A stretch of DNA of 64,000 nt, taken from the NCBI GenBank assembly GCA_951406725.2, contig OX597815.1:20026001-20090000 (forward strand), written 5' to 3'. A program made the translations under genes and the position numbers. The stretch comes from Octopus vulgaris (lineage: Eukaryota). This document shows positions 36,920 through 50,880 of this stretch, piece by piece; position 1 is the stretch's first letter, and the number at the start of each line of letters is the position of its first letter. The notes beneath the pieces were generated by a model. It saw only the letters and a list, made by a program, of their open reading frames with translations. It made no database searches and was not told the DNA's origin.

Positions 36920-37116
36920 CTGCGAGTATGTGTCTGTTAGTGTTTCTGTGAAAGAGCGTGCTTGTGAAAGAATAAAAGAAACAAGGGGAGGAGGGACAGA
37001 GAGATATAGAGAAGAGCCGGAGTGATAGAAAGAAAGCGGGAAAGCTTGTACGTGAGCGACAGAGATTGAGAAAGAGTAACAACGAGGGAGATAGAAGCAG
37101 AGAGAGAGAAAGAGAA

Positions 37117-37166
<50 letters not shown>

Positions 37167-37691
37167 GTGAAAGTGAAACTGAAAGCAGGTTGTTATTAGA
37201 AATTTCAATGGGTTCCAGAAAAGAGTATATGATTTATTGCTATGTGAAGTACACTATTGATTCTCTCAACAGTTCATCTTACAAACTATATTTAGCTGTC
37301 CTAAAAACAACTTTTTGTCTTCAACTCAGTTTCCTTAAATTTATCTCCTGCAATTTCCATTTATTTTTCTGAGTTAATCACAAACCATTTCTTTTTTTTT
37401 TTTTTTTTTTTTTAAATTGCATTATGGCACATATCACGTTGTACAGTACTGCATTTTGCTGCTGGTGTTGTGGTTCGGGGGTGTTGGGGTGTTGGGTGGT
37501 GTTTGTTGTTCTTTTTATACTATATTTTATATATCAAATAAGTTTTTTTTTACGTGGAGCTTTTTTTTTTTTCAAGTCCACACTGAAATATAGGTAGAAT
37601 ATTTGTGTGTATACGTGTGTGTGTGTGCTTGCCAGCGTGTGTGCGTATAATGTATCTATGTACGTATATGTATCTATGTACGTATAATGTG

Positions 37692-37724
<33 letters not shown>

Positions 37725-37770
37725 ATATATATACATATATATATACATATATACATATATATACACATAC

Positions 37771-37846
<76 letters not shown>

Positions 37847-38255
37847 TATGTGTATGTATAAGTGTATGTATGTGTATATGGATGCATGTCTATGTATACA
37901 GATATGTATGTATATATACACTTATATATACAAATATATGTAAACGAATATTTATATACAGATGTGTATATACATATTAAGCATGCATGAATGAATGAAC
38001 GAATAATTTAAATGAATGAATGAATTACACTAAATTTATATGTCAACATACATTGAGGGAGCTCAATTTAGATAACGAGTGAAATATGTACTTATAATGA
38101 GTCCGGTAGGGTTTTTTCTTATGCAGCCGTTTTACATATAACCAGTGGCAGCATGCAGATGAGTAATTGTGCCATACTCATTGTGTGTGTGTGTGGAGGT
38201 TCATGCACGCACGTGTTTCATATCATATCAGGTTATGTAAGCGTCTAAATCTTCC

Positions 38256-38812
38256 TGGCAGAATCGTTAGCACGCTAGGCGAAATGCTTAGCGTATTACG
38301 TCTGCCGCTACGTTCTGTGTTCAAATTCCGCCGAGGTCGACTTTGCCTTTCATCCTTTCGGGGTCGATTAAATAAGTACCAGTTACGCCCTGGGGTCGTT
38401 ATAATCGACTTAATCCCTTTGTCTGTCCTTGTTTGTCCCCTCTGTGTTTAGCCCCTTGTCGGTAGTAAAGAAACGGGTATTTCGTCTGTCTTTACGTTCT
38501 GAGTTCAAATTCCGCCGAGGTCGACTTTGTCTTTCATCCTTTCGGGGTCGATTAAATAAGTACCAGTCACGCACTGGGGTCGATATAATCGACTTAATCT
38601 GTTTGTCTGTCCTTGTTTGTCCTCTCTGTGTTTAGCCCCTTGTGGGTAGTAAAGAAATAGAAATAGGTATTTCGTCTGTCTTTACGTTCTGAGTTCAAAT
38701 TCCGCCGAGGTCGACTTTGTCTTTCGTCATTTTGGGGTCGGTAAATTAAGTACCAGTCTAATCGACTGGTCCCCTCCCCAAAAATTTCGGGTCGTGTGCC
38801 TAGTTTAAAAAA
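38256..38812 (+). mobile_element. SINE A tandem array (two tail-1 units plus one tail-2 unit)
   Basis: About 180-bp units restart at GGTATTTCGTCTG. Confidence 0.88.
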
Positions 38813-39154
38813 GCGTCCAAATCTTCAAGTGATTCTATTGGTTAGTACAAGCTAGGCGATGCTTTCGTTATGTATCCAACGTGATAAGGCAAACTGTACG
38901 TTGGCGTCAGGTAGTGAGCATACTGTAGGACTTGAAATTTAAGTGACGACAGTTGTTACATGAAGCTAAAGTATCCACTTAACCTGAGCTGCCCAAATAT
39001 CTTCCTCTCTTGGTCATTTTAAAATTCATTATAAATTCTCCCTTGTCTGACTGAGTATATATGAGGATGTGGACGTATTCCTAACGCCTCAACTAAATGC
39101 ATTGAGTGTTATTTTCCCTCGTTTATTAGCCTGCAAGTGCGTATGTAACAATGA

Positions 39155-39194
<40 letters not shown>

Positions 39195-39699
39195 AAAGAA
39201 TATCGTGAAATTGACGCAGCGAGCGAAATATCCAACGTTTCGAACAGTGACCTTCGTCTGAGAAAAACTAATAGAAGTGAAATTAAAGAAAGGCATTTGG
39301 TTTTTAAGTCCTCTGTTTTTAAATCGGTTGCAGCTGAAGAGGAACGCAAGAGAAAGTCAACATCATAGTATACAGGAAGTAGGAGGAGGGACTTGGTGAC
39401 AGGGGTAGAAGAAAAGAGAAAGATAAAAGCGGGCAAAGGACAAGGTGATGTGAAGGGAAACATTGACGTAAGAGGAGAGCTGAAAGATTAGATAGGGATT
39501 ACCTAGTTGAGAGGATGTGAGGGAGTAGAAGGAAAAGCGTTTGTTTAAAGTCATCGGTAACATGGTCCCACGTTCGAATATGAAGCATTGTTCTTTCCGT
39601 TTCCTTGAGTGTGTAGAGTTCACGGTGTGCGGACACTGACAAAAGAGTAATGAAATGGACAGCTATGCTGTAGTGTTGATGTGGGTGGTGTCACATATA

Positions 39700-40118
39700 T
39701 TATTTCTTTATTGTCCACAAGGGGCTAAACACAGAGAGGACAAACAAGGACAGACATACGGATTAAGTCGATTACATCGACCCCAGTGCGTAACTGGTAC
39801 TAAATTTATAGACCCCGAAAGGATGAAAGGCAAAGTCGACCTTGGCGGAATTTGAACTCAGAACGTAGCGGCAGACGAAATACCTATTTCTTTACTACCC
39901 ACAAGGGGCTAAACACAGAGAGGACAAACAAGAACAGACAAAGGGATTAAGTCGATTACATCGACCCCGGTGCGTAACTGGTACTAAATTTATCGACCCC
40001 GAAAGGATGAAAGGCAAAGTCGACCTCGGCGGAATTTGAACTCAGAACGTAACGGCAGACGAAATACCCCTAAGTATTTCGCCCGGCGTGCTAACGATAC
40101 TGCCTGCTCGCTGCCTTT
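39700..40118 (-). mobile_element. SINE A dimer with TSD
   Basis: Flanking GTGGTGTCACATATAT on both sides. Confidence 0.88.
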
Positions 40119-40886
40119 ACGTGGTGTCACATATATGCGTGTGTATGTGTGTGCACTGTGTGTACGTGTGTGCGTAAATATGTTGTATATATGTGCGTCT
40201 CTGCATGTGTGTGTATATGTAGACATACAGTATATATGCATATATGTACGTATGTGCATGTAAATATATACACGTATATGTGTGTGTGTCGGAATTTATA
40301 GATATGCATGGTCTTCTCTTCTGGATGAAGGTGACATATTGTTGCCAGTTTATAAAGGACTTGGACCAGGTCCGGGTTAAGGCCAACTTATACCCAAGGG
40401 ATAGCTCAACAAAGGGTACTTTCGAAACTTCCATAGTTACTCAATCTGAAATATCAGATTAAACGTTCAGCTTTCTTCCAGGCTACCCTTGGACTACACC
40501 CGACAATTCTATTAAATATAACGTGCTTTTTTTTTTCTTTTTTTGATCTTATGTCTTTAATAGTATATAGCATTAAGCTATATATACAATAACTAGAGTC
40601 ACAAGAAATTAGAAATTTTTATAAGTTTTTTATTTGGCCAAAAATTTTTATAATTTGCCATTTGCACCATACTGAATACAGCACTGGAAAAATTTGAAGC
40701 TCCCCGTCTTGTTATTTTATCAACCCCAAACACACGTGTAGATTATTTAAGGTAAGACCAAGCCTGGTAAGGCGAGTGAGATTATTGTTAAAATTACTGT
40801 CAGAATTGAAATTTTGAAATTTGAATGCTTGAACCTTAGCGTTTTACTTCAGAAATCAATCTTGACTTTTTGACTTTATCTGTTTA

Positions 40887-41278
40887 CTAGCAGTAGCGCC
40901 CGGTGTTGCTTGGGTTTGTTTCGTCCCTTTAGAATTAGAATTTTTGAAAAGTAAACATTTTGCATTATGTAGCTTGTTATTCTCTTTATGTGAACATTTT
41001 TCTGGATGAAATACACCGAAAAATGGCGACACAGCAGTCAAAAAATCGTAAAAAATAGGAATTTTCATAGGAAAAAAGTACCTTTTTGATGTAAATAATA
41101 TTTGGTGTTAAGATGGTTCGATTTGAATTTTATCTTCTACGGAATGAAGAGCAAGCCTTCTTCTATCATACTCTCAATTTTGGTCAACTTGCGCCGCAGG
41201 GTCTCGGAGGAGATAGTGTTAGTTGATGGCTACCAAACCTGCCTTACACAGACAACTTCAGCTTTATATAGAGAGAGA
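40887..41278 (-). mobile_element. Non-autonomous Helitron
   Basis: 5' TC, 3' hairpin plus CTAG, inserted between A and T; same family as 41501-41888 and 43498-43891. Confidence 0.85.
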
Positions 41279-41500
41279 TTTTAGCAAGGTACTGTACTTA
41301 CATCATTAATCATCACTTCTGTAAGGATTTCTGCATGGGATATATATGTAATTTATCAATTATTTTTTATCTAGTTTTGCTTGATCTTGTGTAAATTCTA
41401 TAAACTTCATGATTCCAACTTTCCATTCGATTCATCATGCACAAACAAGTAAAAATTGCAATATACTACATCACCAGGAGACTACAACAAATTAGAGAAA

Positions 41501-41888
41501 TCTCTCTATATATAAAGCTGCAGTTGTCTGTGTATGGCAGGTCTGGTAGCCTTCAACTAACACTATCTCCTCCAAGACCCTGTGGCACAAGTTGACCAAA
41601 ATTGAGAGTATGATAGAAGAAGGCTTGCTCTTCCTTCCGTAGAAGAAAAAATTCAAATCGGACCATGTTAACACCAAAAATTATTTACATCAAAAAGGTG
41701 CTTTTTATGAAAATCCCTATTTATTACGATTTTTTGACTGCTGTGTCGCCATTTTTCGGTGTATTTCAACCAGAAAAATGTTCACTTAAAGAGAATAACA
41801 AGCTACATAATGCAAACTTTTTACTTTTCAAAATTTCCGATTTTAAAGGGTCGAAACAAACCCGAGCAACGCCGGGCGACACTGCAAG
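41501..41888 (+). mobile_element. Non-autonomous Helitron
   Basis: A|TCTCTCTATATATAAAGCTG ... CCCGAGCAACGCCGGG ... CAAG|T. Confidence 0.85.
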
Positions 41889-42247
41889 TCATAAATAAAA
41901 ATTAGAAAAATGAGAACATAATTAGCACACCAGGCAAAATGCTTAGCAGCGTTTCTCCCGCTTTTACGTTCTGAGTTCAAATACCACCGAGGTCGACTTT
42001 GTCTTTTATACTTTCGGGATCAATAAAATAAGCACCAGTTACGCATTGGGGTCGATGTAATCAACTAGCTCCTTTCCTCAAAAATTTCGGGCTTTGTGTT
42101 TATAGTAGAAAGAATATATATGACTAACACAGCTTTTTCGTCACTTTGGCGTAATTCTAAGTGTTCTGGAACAGGGCTAAAATATAGATGTCGTTTATTG
42201 TGACTTCAGTAAAGCTTTGTGTGTGTTTGTGTGTTTGTGTATATATC

Positions 42248-42653
42248 TCTTTTACTCTTTTAGTCTTTTACTTGTTTCAGTCATTTTACTGCGGCCATGC
42301 TGGAGCACCGCTTTTAGCCGAGCAATTCGACCCCGGGACTTATTCTTTGTAAACCCAGTATTTATTCTATCGGTCTCTTTTGCCGAACCGCTAAGTGACG
42401 GGGACGTAAACACACCAGCATCGGTTGTCAAGCAATGCTAGGGGGACAAACACATACACACACCCTCACACATATATATATATACATATATACGACAGGC
42501 TTCTTTCAGTTTCCGTCTACCAAATCCACTCACAAGGCATTGGTCGGCCCGGGGCTATAGCAGAAGACACTTGCCCAAGATGCCACGCAGTGGGACTGAA
42601 CCCGGAACCATGTGGTTGGTTAGCAAGCTACTTACCACACAGCCACTCCTGCG
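42248..42653 (-). mobile_element. SINE family B (CORE-like), full length
   Basis: Reverse complement of family B consensus. Confidence 0.9.
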
Positions 42654-42816
42654 TGTGATTATGTACATGTGTTTACATAAACGCTACACCCATTCCTTCC
42701 AAGCACTACTGTAAACAGCGGAAGGGAGTTGGAACATTTAAACTAAGTGCACACATACACAACAGGGTCCAAGGTCAATCTGTGCCAAGCGGCTTTACTC
42801 TGCGTGCTTTAGTTTC

Positions 42817-42830
42817 GTTACTATGGCAAC
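42817..42830. promoter_or_regulatory. RFX X-box motif within a candidate cis-regulatory cluster
   Basis: GTTACTATGGCAAC fits GTYNCY-AT-RGNAAC; apparently non-repetitive context. Confidence 0.35.
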
Positions 42831-43130
42831 AGTCCTGATACTTATTGATCAGAATAAGTAGTGTATAAATAGGGTTATAATCCAAGCTGTGTCTTTGAGA
42901 AACACATCTGCATATTCTAGTACTCTAAAATTGTATGTAGATGTTATAATTGTGTGAGGCATTCATAAGAGTGGCAAAACACTGGAATGTAGTTTTACCA
43001 TAACAGGATATTGGGAAAAATTGTTGTTATTATTTATTCATTATTACACGAGTTTCATTTGCTAATAGGATTTGCAAAATTGTACATGTCGGGGAAACAT
43101 AAAACATATCTCCTATTAGAAATTCATACG

Positions 43131-43188
<58 letters not shown>

Positions 43189-43497
43189 TGTGTATGTGTG
43201 TGTGAACATTTTAATATCTCTCATTTTAACTTGAGGAGGGATATCTAGTGATAAGTTATGTTTCTCATACTTTTTTCCGTCAACTTTTCTCTGCTGGAAA
43301 GAAACCATTATCTTGCAGCCGTCTTGTACTAACTTTCCTATAGTTTGGGATGGTCATGATAGAATTGAAAGTAAATTCGCATTTTTTCTTTTCATTTTTA
43401 CATGGGCCAAGCCCGGAAGAGAACTTTGGATCTGCTCATCAGCTAAACTAATACTTAAGTCATTCATCCATCTTCCCCTTATTGAATATATCTATAA

Positions 43498-43891
43498 CTA
43501 GCAGTATTGCCCGGCGTTGCTCGGGTTTGTTTCGACGCTTTAGAATTGTAATTTTTGAAAAGTAAAAGTTTTGCATTATGTAGCTTGTTATTCTCTTTAA
43601 GTGAACATTTTTCTGGTTGAAATACACCGAAAATGGCGACACAACAGTAAAAAAATCGTAAAAAATAGGGATGGGATTTTCATAGAAAAAAAGCACCTTT
43701 TTATGTAAATAATTTTTGGTCTTAACATGGTCCAATTTGAATTTTATCTTCTATGGAATGAAGAGCAACCTTCTTCTATCATACTCTCAATTTTGATCAA
43801 CTTGCGCCGCAGGGTCTCGGAGGAGATAGTTTTAGTTGAAGGCTACCAAACCTGCCACACACAGACAACTTCAGCTTTATATGTATAGAGA
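43498..43891 (-). mobile_element. Non-autonomous Helitron
   Basis: CTAG at 43498-43501, hairpin CCCGGCGTTGCTCGGG, TC 5' end. Confidence 0.85.
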
Positions 43892-46457
43892 TTTGGTGGT
43901 CTGTGTTATTAAGAGTGAACTATCTTATGCTGTTTGTTGCTAAATGTAACAGAAATACTGTGTCACCCTCGCTTCAGAGTTCCATGGTTATCGTTATCGT
44001 CGTCGTCGTTGTTACTTCTGTTGTTTTACTCAGGATCAGCTGTGATCGGGCAGACACATGATTTCGAGAGTTCCAACCGTAGGCATCCTATCTGTCATTA
44101 AGATATACAGGACTACATTATGCAATGAATCCTTTTAAAACTATGAGATCTTATTTAAGAGAAAGTTCCTCTTGAAAGTCGAGCAATCACATCTTGGGAT
44201 ATAATTTTAAACCTTGATTAACTTCCCTGCTAAATAATACTTTAAAATAGCTTATAATTTATTTGCGTATCACTTCAAATAAATGACATCTGTTAAGGTT
44301 AAAGCTACCGTCACCTGTACATGGGAAAAGCTATAGATATCTTTTCCATATCTTCCGGGATTCCGACTTAGAAGAATTGACAAAATAATTTTAAATCGGT
44401 ATTTCCAAACTGAAGGTATCATGTTATATAATTTATATTACAGATTATTGTGTTATTCCCGAGATAAAAAATAAAATTTTTACTATTTTGCAACGTAAGA
44501 TATCGTGAAACTGAATAGGTGTAAATATAAACGAAAGTGAAAAAGAAAAAAGAATATTTTCTAAGAGCAAATATTTTTCTTGTTCAAATGTGAACGCTAT
44601 CAATTTTAGAACAAAATAAGCAAAACATATAATATAACCAAATGTTAGTTAAAATGCTTTGTCAAATCTCAAAACAGAGAGAGCATTACGAGAAGTGTTG
44701 GTTTAAATTCTGTGACATAGAACTCTATCTATTAAATAAAACATTGCAACATGTCAGTGGCAAGATTATTTTTCTTCCAGGAGTACGGTCAGGTAGGAAA
44801 CTGAATCTTAAATAACAGCCTGCCTCTCATTCTCTCTCTCACCCTCACCCTTCTGTTTCTCTCTTTTTCTTTCTATCTTTCTCTCTCCCTCTCTCTCTCT
44901 CTCTTTCTTTTGCTTTCTCTATGTGTAGTTACTGTATAATATAGAAGGAAGCTCATGTAATAGAATTTAACAAAAGAATATTTGTAAGCTATTCCATTAA
45001 CACTCTAATGTGACGTACCACAACAACTTCCTACAAAGCTACCATTCACACAGGAACTAAAATTCAAATTTCACAAACTTTCCTAAGTCCTTTATATTTC
45101 AAATATGATTCTTTTTTTTTTTTTTAATTGCTGTAATTGTATATTTCCATCTGTTTTTCGCATGAATCGAAATCTGGCATATTAGATTTCAGACTAACGC
45201 AAAGTTGCATCGATGAACATGCAGTGAGCTAGCTTTTAACATTTTATTGTAATGGTGTAATGATATGTCGTTGATTTTGTTACACTACCGTCCTTGAACT
45301 ATGGCCCCCGAGTTTCCATTAATTTTTCCAATTTTATAAATTTATCTGATTTCAGGATATTCATATGCTACTTTATCAGTACCTCGTCTAACTTATTGTT
45401 CTCAACTAACACATTATTTTCATATCTTTCATTCTTTTACAAACTAGTTGTATCTCGCACCTTCATTCTGACACGTTTGTTCACAAGACTTAATGATATT
45501 CACGGCAGAAAACTATATCAAATACGACACATCTAATCTTTTCTTTAGCAGAGCACACGTTTTCCACTCTCTCCACTTCAACCAGTTTAACTAAGTAGTA
45601 AAGCTCGAAAATATTAATTACACAAAACTAATTTCATTTATCTCCTTCACGCAACAGCATTTTTGTGCAAAATGGTGAAAAATAATTGACTTATCCTTAA
45701 TACATTACTGCTATTTATCGATTTGAATGGCAGAATACACCCCTTCTAGGAAGTATTATGCCTTTCTCAGCAACAGGAGATTCCAAGTTAAGATACAATA
45801 AATAATCCAGTCTGCTATTATATGCTAGTTTCACTTTAACATTAAACTGTTACATATTGCAATGAGGACGTTAACTTAAAGCGGGGAATCTACTTAATTA
45901 GTGAGTAAGGAAATTTTAATTAATTAAAATTACAGTTGTGGTGAAAAGTTAAACAATCATAAGCTTAATGATTATTTCTGGTTTAAAACAAATATACAGA
46001 GGGGGCAACTCACGAATTTAAATTGATCCAGTTTAGTCAAAGTTAGAATGTGGTGGAAGTGACTTTGGTCTTTGGTAGTAAGATAGCAACTCCAGACAGG
46101 TTTCAGTTTTATTAAAGCAAATCAGCGAAGCAGTCAACCCGGTACTGCAAGTGTCCTGGAGTAACGTGAAATAAAGAGTTTTACTCTAAAACACTACACA
46201 TCGCTCGGTCCAGGAATTGAAACTGCAATCTTACGATTATAATTGCAGCAACCTAACCACAAAGCCACGCGCCTCCAGACAGAAGAAAGTGCACTGTAAG
46301 AAAGTGATTAATTGATAAAAAGAAATAATAATTATAATCCTTGATTCCTCATTCTCTCTCTTCCTCTCTCTTCTCTCTTCCTCTCCTTCTTTCTCTCTGT
46401 TCTCATTTATTCCACTCCTCCTCTTCCACTCTCTATCTTCCTCTCTCTCCCTCCCCT

Positions 46458-46507
<50 letters not shown>

Positions 46508-46544
46508 GTATTCATTGAGAGTGTAAACTATATTTAGATTGTTA

Positions 46545-46960
46545 TGAGAAGCCAGTTGTCTTCTACGGAGTAGAAATTTGGACAATGTACGAACAATGGA
46601 GAAGATAGATGACTTCGAGATGGAGATTTTTCGCAAACTTGGAAGAATATGTTGGAAAAACAGGCTAAAAAAACGCTGCAGTACTAGAGAACCCGAAAAT
46701 CCAAACTCACCTATTGTCGAGAATCGACTCCATAAAGCTCTTCTCTTTTAGGCATACAAGGTACCACGTGACATTGTCCTTGACCATTTTGACAGGAAAT
46801 GTGGAAGGGAAGAGGGCAAGAGACTGTCAAAGACGTTTGTGGACTGACGACATCAAATAATGGACTGGAAATGAGATCCCTAACTGATTGGAAGTGTGCA
46901 GCATAATACAGAGGAAGCTGAAGAATCTTGGCAAAACGACTTGTGGACAGAAAGGCACTA
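46545..46960 (+). mobile_element. RTE-clade LINE 3' fragment
   Basis: KIDDFEMEIFRKLGRICWK and ILTGNVEGKRARDCQRRLWTDDIK*WTG. Confidence 0.75.
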
Positions 46961-47439
46961 GCTCGATGTCTAAGAAATCTATTGTACAGGTAAGTGTGCT
47001 AAATCTACGATGGAGAGAGATGACGAGAGAGTGGGAGGGGAAAGAGAAAGAGAGACATAGTTAAACACGCGTATAGCTATATTCATATAACTATGCCCCT
47101 ATACACAGGTACGTGTACAAGGAGAGTTCTTTAGGTGTTTGAACCCTTGCATTTTTTTGTTCTTCGTGTCAAATGTATCCTTTTAATCAAAATTCAAAAA
47201 ATATATCTTAATACGAAACAAATTTCAAGCACCTATTTCTCAGATACTAGTTGCAGCATTTCTAAATCAATATATAAAATGTGCAACTCACTGCAGTCGC
47301 CGAAGTACAAAAACTAACGTTTATATTTTAAAATTAATAAATAATGTATTAAACAAGATATTATAACCTCTCCAACTTTAATACGGAATTTATTTTTAAA
47401 ATCAACATTATTTTCATTAAAAGTGAATAAAAATACTTT

Positions 47440-47887
47440 TATATAAGAATTTTTTACGTAATAAGATAAAAAAAAAACCAAGGCTGTGTAGATATTAGAG
47501 CATTTATAGATGGAAGGTCTTACAGCTGTTTCTAGGGTATTTATTAATTATATCCCTTCATCGGAGACGGTGTGAGAGGATAGTTAAGATATAGTTAGTT
47601 TAGATGTGATACAAAATAGAGAGTGAGGTGGAGGAAAGAAAATAGATGCAAGATATGTATGGGCATTGAAGATGTAAATCCAATTCTTAAGCATAATGGT
47701 ATACATGCTATATTCCAATATCCTATGAGTAAAGTCCAAAAGTCCAACAGAGTTTAAAATGAGTCCTTCCAAATATAGAGTTTATAAGCAATGTAAGATT
47801 CCCTTGTCCAGTAGATTTTTAAACTTGGTCATTCCCATCTACACAGCCTTGGTTTTTTTATCTTATTACGCAAAAAATTCTTATATA
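47440..47887 (-). mobile_element. PLE-type element with about 52-bp inverted ends containing a U4C hammerhead (47517-47568, minus strand)
   Basis: 47440-47493 pairs with 47837-47887; minus strand gtct CCGATGA aggg...ccct a GAAAC agct GTA agac. Confidence 0.7.
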
Positions 47888-48210
47888 CACACGCTGACAT
47901 AGAATCAACGTTGAACCCTTTATTCGCAATATTACCGAATCTGGAACTTAACTATGGTCTGTCTATAGCACTTATTCAGCATTACCAGACATCTTTGGGT
48001 CTCAATGACACCATTATCTCTTATAAAAATACTTTTAATAATGCTTTTCTGCAATTATCGTAATTTATTATGATAATTCCTTCTGCCTTTATATACCTAC
48101 ACACACACACCCACCATATGCCTGATTTTTGTATCTGCTTTACAAATCGTTATTAGATGAGGGATTAGAAATAAGCAGGTGTTTTGCCTAAGTCTTTTAT
48201 GAACAAAATA

Positions 48211-48612
48211 GGCGTAGGAGTGGCTGTGTGGCAAGTAGTTTGTTTACCATACACATGGTTCAGTCCTACGGCGTGTCACCTTGGGCTAGTGTCTTCTACT
48301 ATAGCTTCGGGTCGACCCAAACCTTGTGAGTGGAATTGGTAGACGGAAACTGAAAGAATCCTGTCGTATATATGTAGATATATATGTATGTGTGTGTATG
48401 CTTGTGTGTCTATGTGTGTCCCTCCAACATCGCTTGTCAACATATGCTGGTGTGTTTACGCCCCCGTAACTTAGGGGTTCGGTAAAAGAAACCGATAGAA
48501 TAAGTACTAGGTTTAAAAATAATAAGTCCTGGGGTAGATTTGCTCGACTAAAAGCGGTGCTCCATCATGGCCACAGTCAAATGACTGAAACAAGTAAAAG
48601 AGCAAAAGAGTA
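48211..48612 (+). mobile_element. SINE family B (CORE-like)
   Basis: GGCGTAGGAGTGGCTGTGTGG head through AAGTAAAAGAG tail. Confidence 0.88.
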
Positions 48613-48889
48613 AAAAATAAACCAGAATTTGAAATGCATGTAATATAGGTTGTTTAAAGAGATCTATATTTATAATGGCAAAAGTATCAACGCTCATCAC
48701 CAAAATATAAAAATATGTATAAAAATATATCACCCGGTAAAAAATAGGGTTTTTTTCCTCTGGTATTGTCAATACCTCAATAGGGACAAATAAACCAGTA
48801 AGTAGTAAGTTACTCATGAATAAAAGGGAACGGTTTTTCTACAAGCACAAAGAAAAGAATATTCCTTATCTTGAGTGATCTGTAGAACA

Positions 48890-49880
48890 CGTTTGTATGA
48901 ACAGCTTCGATTGTCGATTATTGCTGTGAAAGCAAATAAATCAGAAAATAACACAGAGATCTGTAGGAACAAATTATTGATATCAGGTACGTGCAGCGCA
49001 AAAAAGCATGCATCGTCAGAAGTACAGGAAACATCTAGTCAGACGGAATAAGTCTAAGTTCTTTGGAAAAATCTTTTGCAGCAGCAAAGAAACAAAAACA
49101 TGTGGCAAAGAATGCAAGAAAATATTGAAATAAATAAACAATAGATGCTACAACTTTATATTCAGCTCAACGAGGACTAGCGAGCGTTAAGTGGAGAGAA
49201 TGAAAGCCAAACAAGTTTAGACAAGAAAAAAATTTCTTGAATTCGTCGAACCGTTTGACAAAAATGAGTGTTATCAAGACACATCTAGAATGCTCTATAG
49301 AGTATCTAGTCTGAAAAAAGAGAGACCACAGGTGTCAATGCTCTCAAACAGTTTTTCAAAAGACATAATAAAATCGTTGGCCACTTATGTAAGAAAATCA
49401 ATATTAAATGAAATAAAGGCAACAACAATATAATCATTTCTTATGGATGAAACTACAGATGTTTTCTACATTCAACAAGCTATTATGTGCTTACGTTATG
49501 TGTCTGATAATAAAATCAAAGAGTGTGTCATTGAAGTGTGTGATTTAGAGTTTACAATTTGTGAAGATCCGGAGGAAATTATCTTCTTTTTGGAAAGAAA
49601 TTGTATACAAATGACACATGTTTACAATGGAACTACGTTAAATTGTAAAAAGGCTTCCATCGAGAATTCTTCTTTATAGTGTAAAAGTTTTTTTTTATGC
49701 TCCCTGCTATGCATACTTTTTGAACCTTGCATTTGTGTAAAGTGCAAAATGAGGCTGTTATTGTTTCACTATTAATATGGTACAAAAGCTACACAATTTT
49801 ATTTCCATATCAAGTTTTATTCGTGCAAACGACCTAAAGTCGAGTGCTCAGCAACTGAAAAATCTCTCTGACACCAGAGT
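48890..49880 (+). mobile_element. hAT transposase relic (ZMYM1/DUF4371-like)
   Basis: SILNEIK...SFLMDETTDV..QQAIMCLRYV; YAPCYAYFLNL; LKNLSDTR. Confidence 0.75.
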
Positions 49881-49984
49881 CACAGAGAATCCTCTCGGAG
49901 AAGCTTAAAGATAATGATTACCACTCAAGTACAGTATGTGAAATAAAAGCATCAAATCCAGCAGGTGAACACGCAGCAATACTG

Positions 49985-50880
49985 TTACACAGTCGAGAAG
50001 TTCTTTGATATTATCGTAATTTTCTTTCATTTGTATGGAGTGTGCAAGAAGCAAAGAAGTATATTTATTTCCATTGTGGAGCAATACTGCTTTGAGACTT
50101 CGTGTTGAGCTATCTATGAACAGTCGACCTTCTGCAGAATCATGCTTGAGTCCAATAGCAGTAAACAAACCAATCACATCTTTACAATAACACAGATCAA
50201 TAATATTTTCATAGTAAATTTCAAATTCTTCAAAGCGTTTCTAGTACACATATGTTTTGCGGTCTTCCCCCAATAGATTCCATTCCTTCAACCTTGATGA
50301 AAGAAGTTCAGCTCCTGACTTAGTATGACCCAGATTCCTGATTAAATCATCTTGCTCACTCTGATTTGGAAAGTGAGGCTCCGAAGTCGTTCTTGGTACG
50401 AAAGCTTCCTTCATTTCTTGGCTGCTACTACTTGTTGACTCTTCAGATGAAATATTTTCTGGTGGTAGTGGTACTCGTAAACTGTCATCATGAGGGACAG
50501 GTGCTCTGGATGGTGGTATATTTGGATACTGAAGAGCTTATCTTCCTTTCACTTTTCTGTACTTTGTCACATCGATCATACAAAAGTAACAGTCATCGTG
50601 ATGGTTCTTTGGCTCTCTCCATACTCTTGGAATGGCAAAAGGCATTGACCTTCCTGTACCTCTTAACCATCCTTCTATAATAGATCGACAGCTTCCACAT
50701 ATCCCATGTGGGGCCCATGGTTTGTCCTGGTCACCCATGGGCATTCCGAAATAGAGTATGTACGCTATCCACAATTTGGTACCTTTCACGACCTTATGTA
50801 ATTCCTGCTTTTTTTCCAATATAATAACCACACACATAGCAAAATGTATCTGGAGAATTTTAACATCCTGAAAGTAGCAG
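49985..50880 (-). mobile_element. DNA transposase relic, probably Chapaev3 (CMC superfamily)
   Basis: DTFCYVCG, YFGMPMGDQDKPWAPHGICGSC, PRVWREPKNHHDDCYFC, AELLSSRLKEWNLL, RLFIDSSTRSLKAVLLHNGN; family name is from memory of these motifs. Confidence 0.7.
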
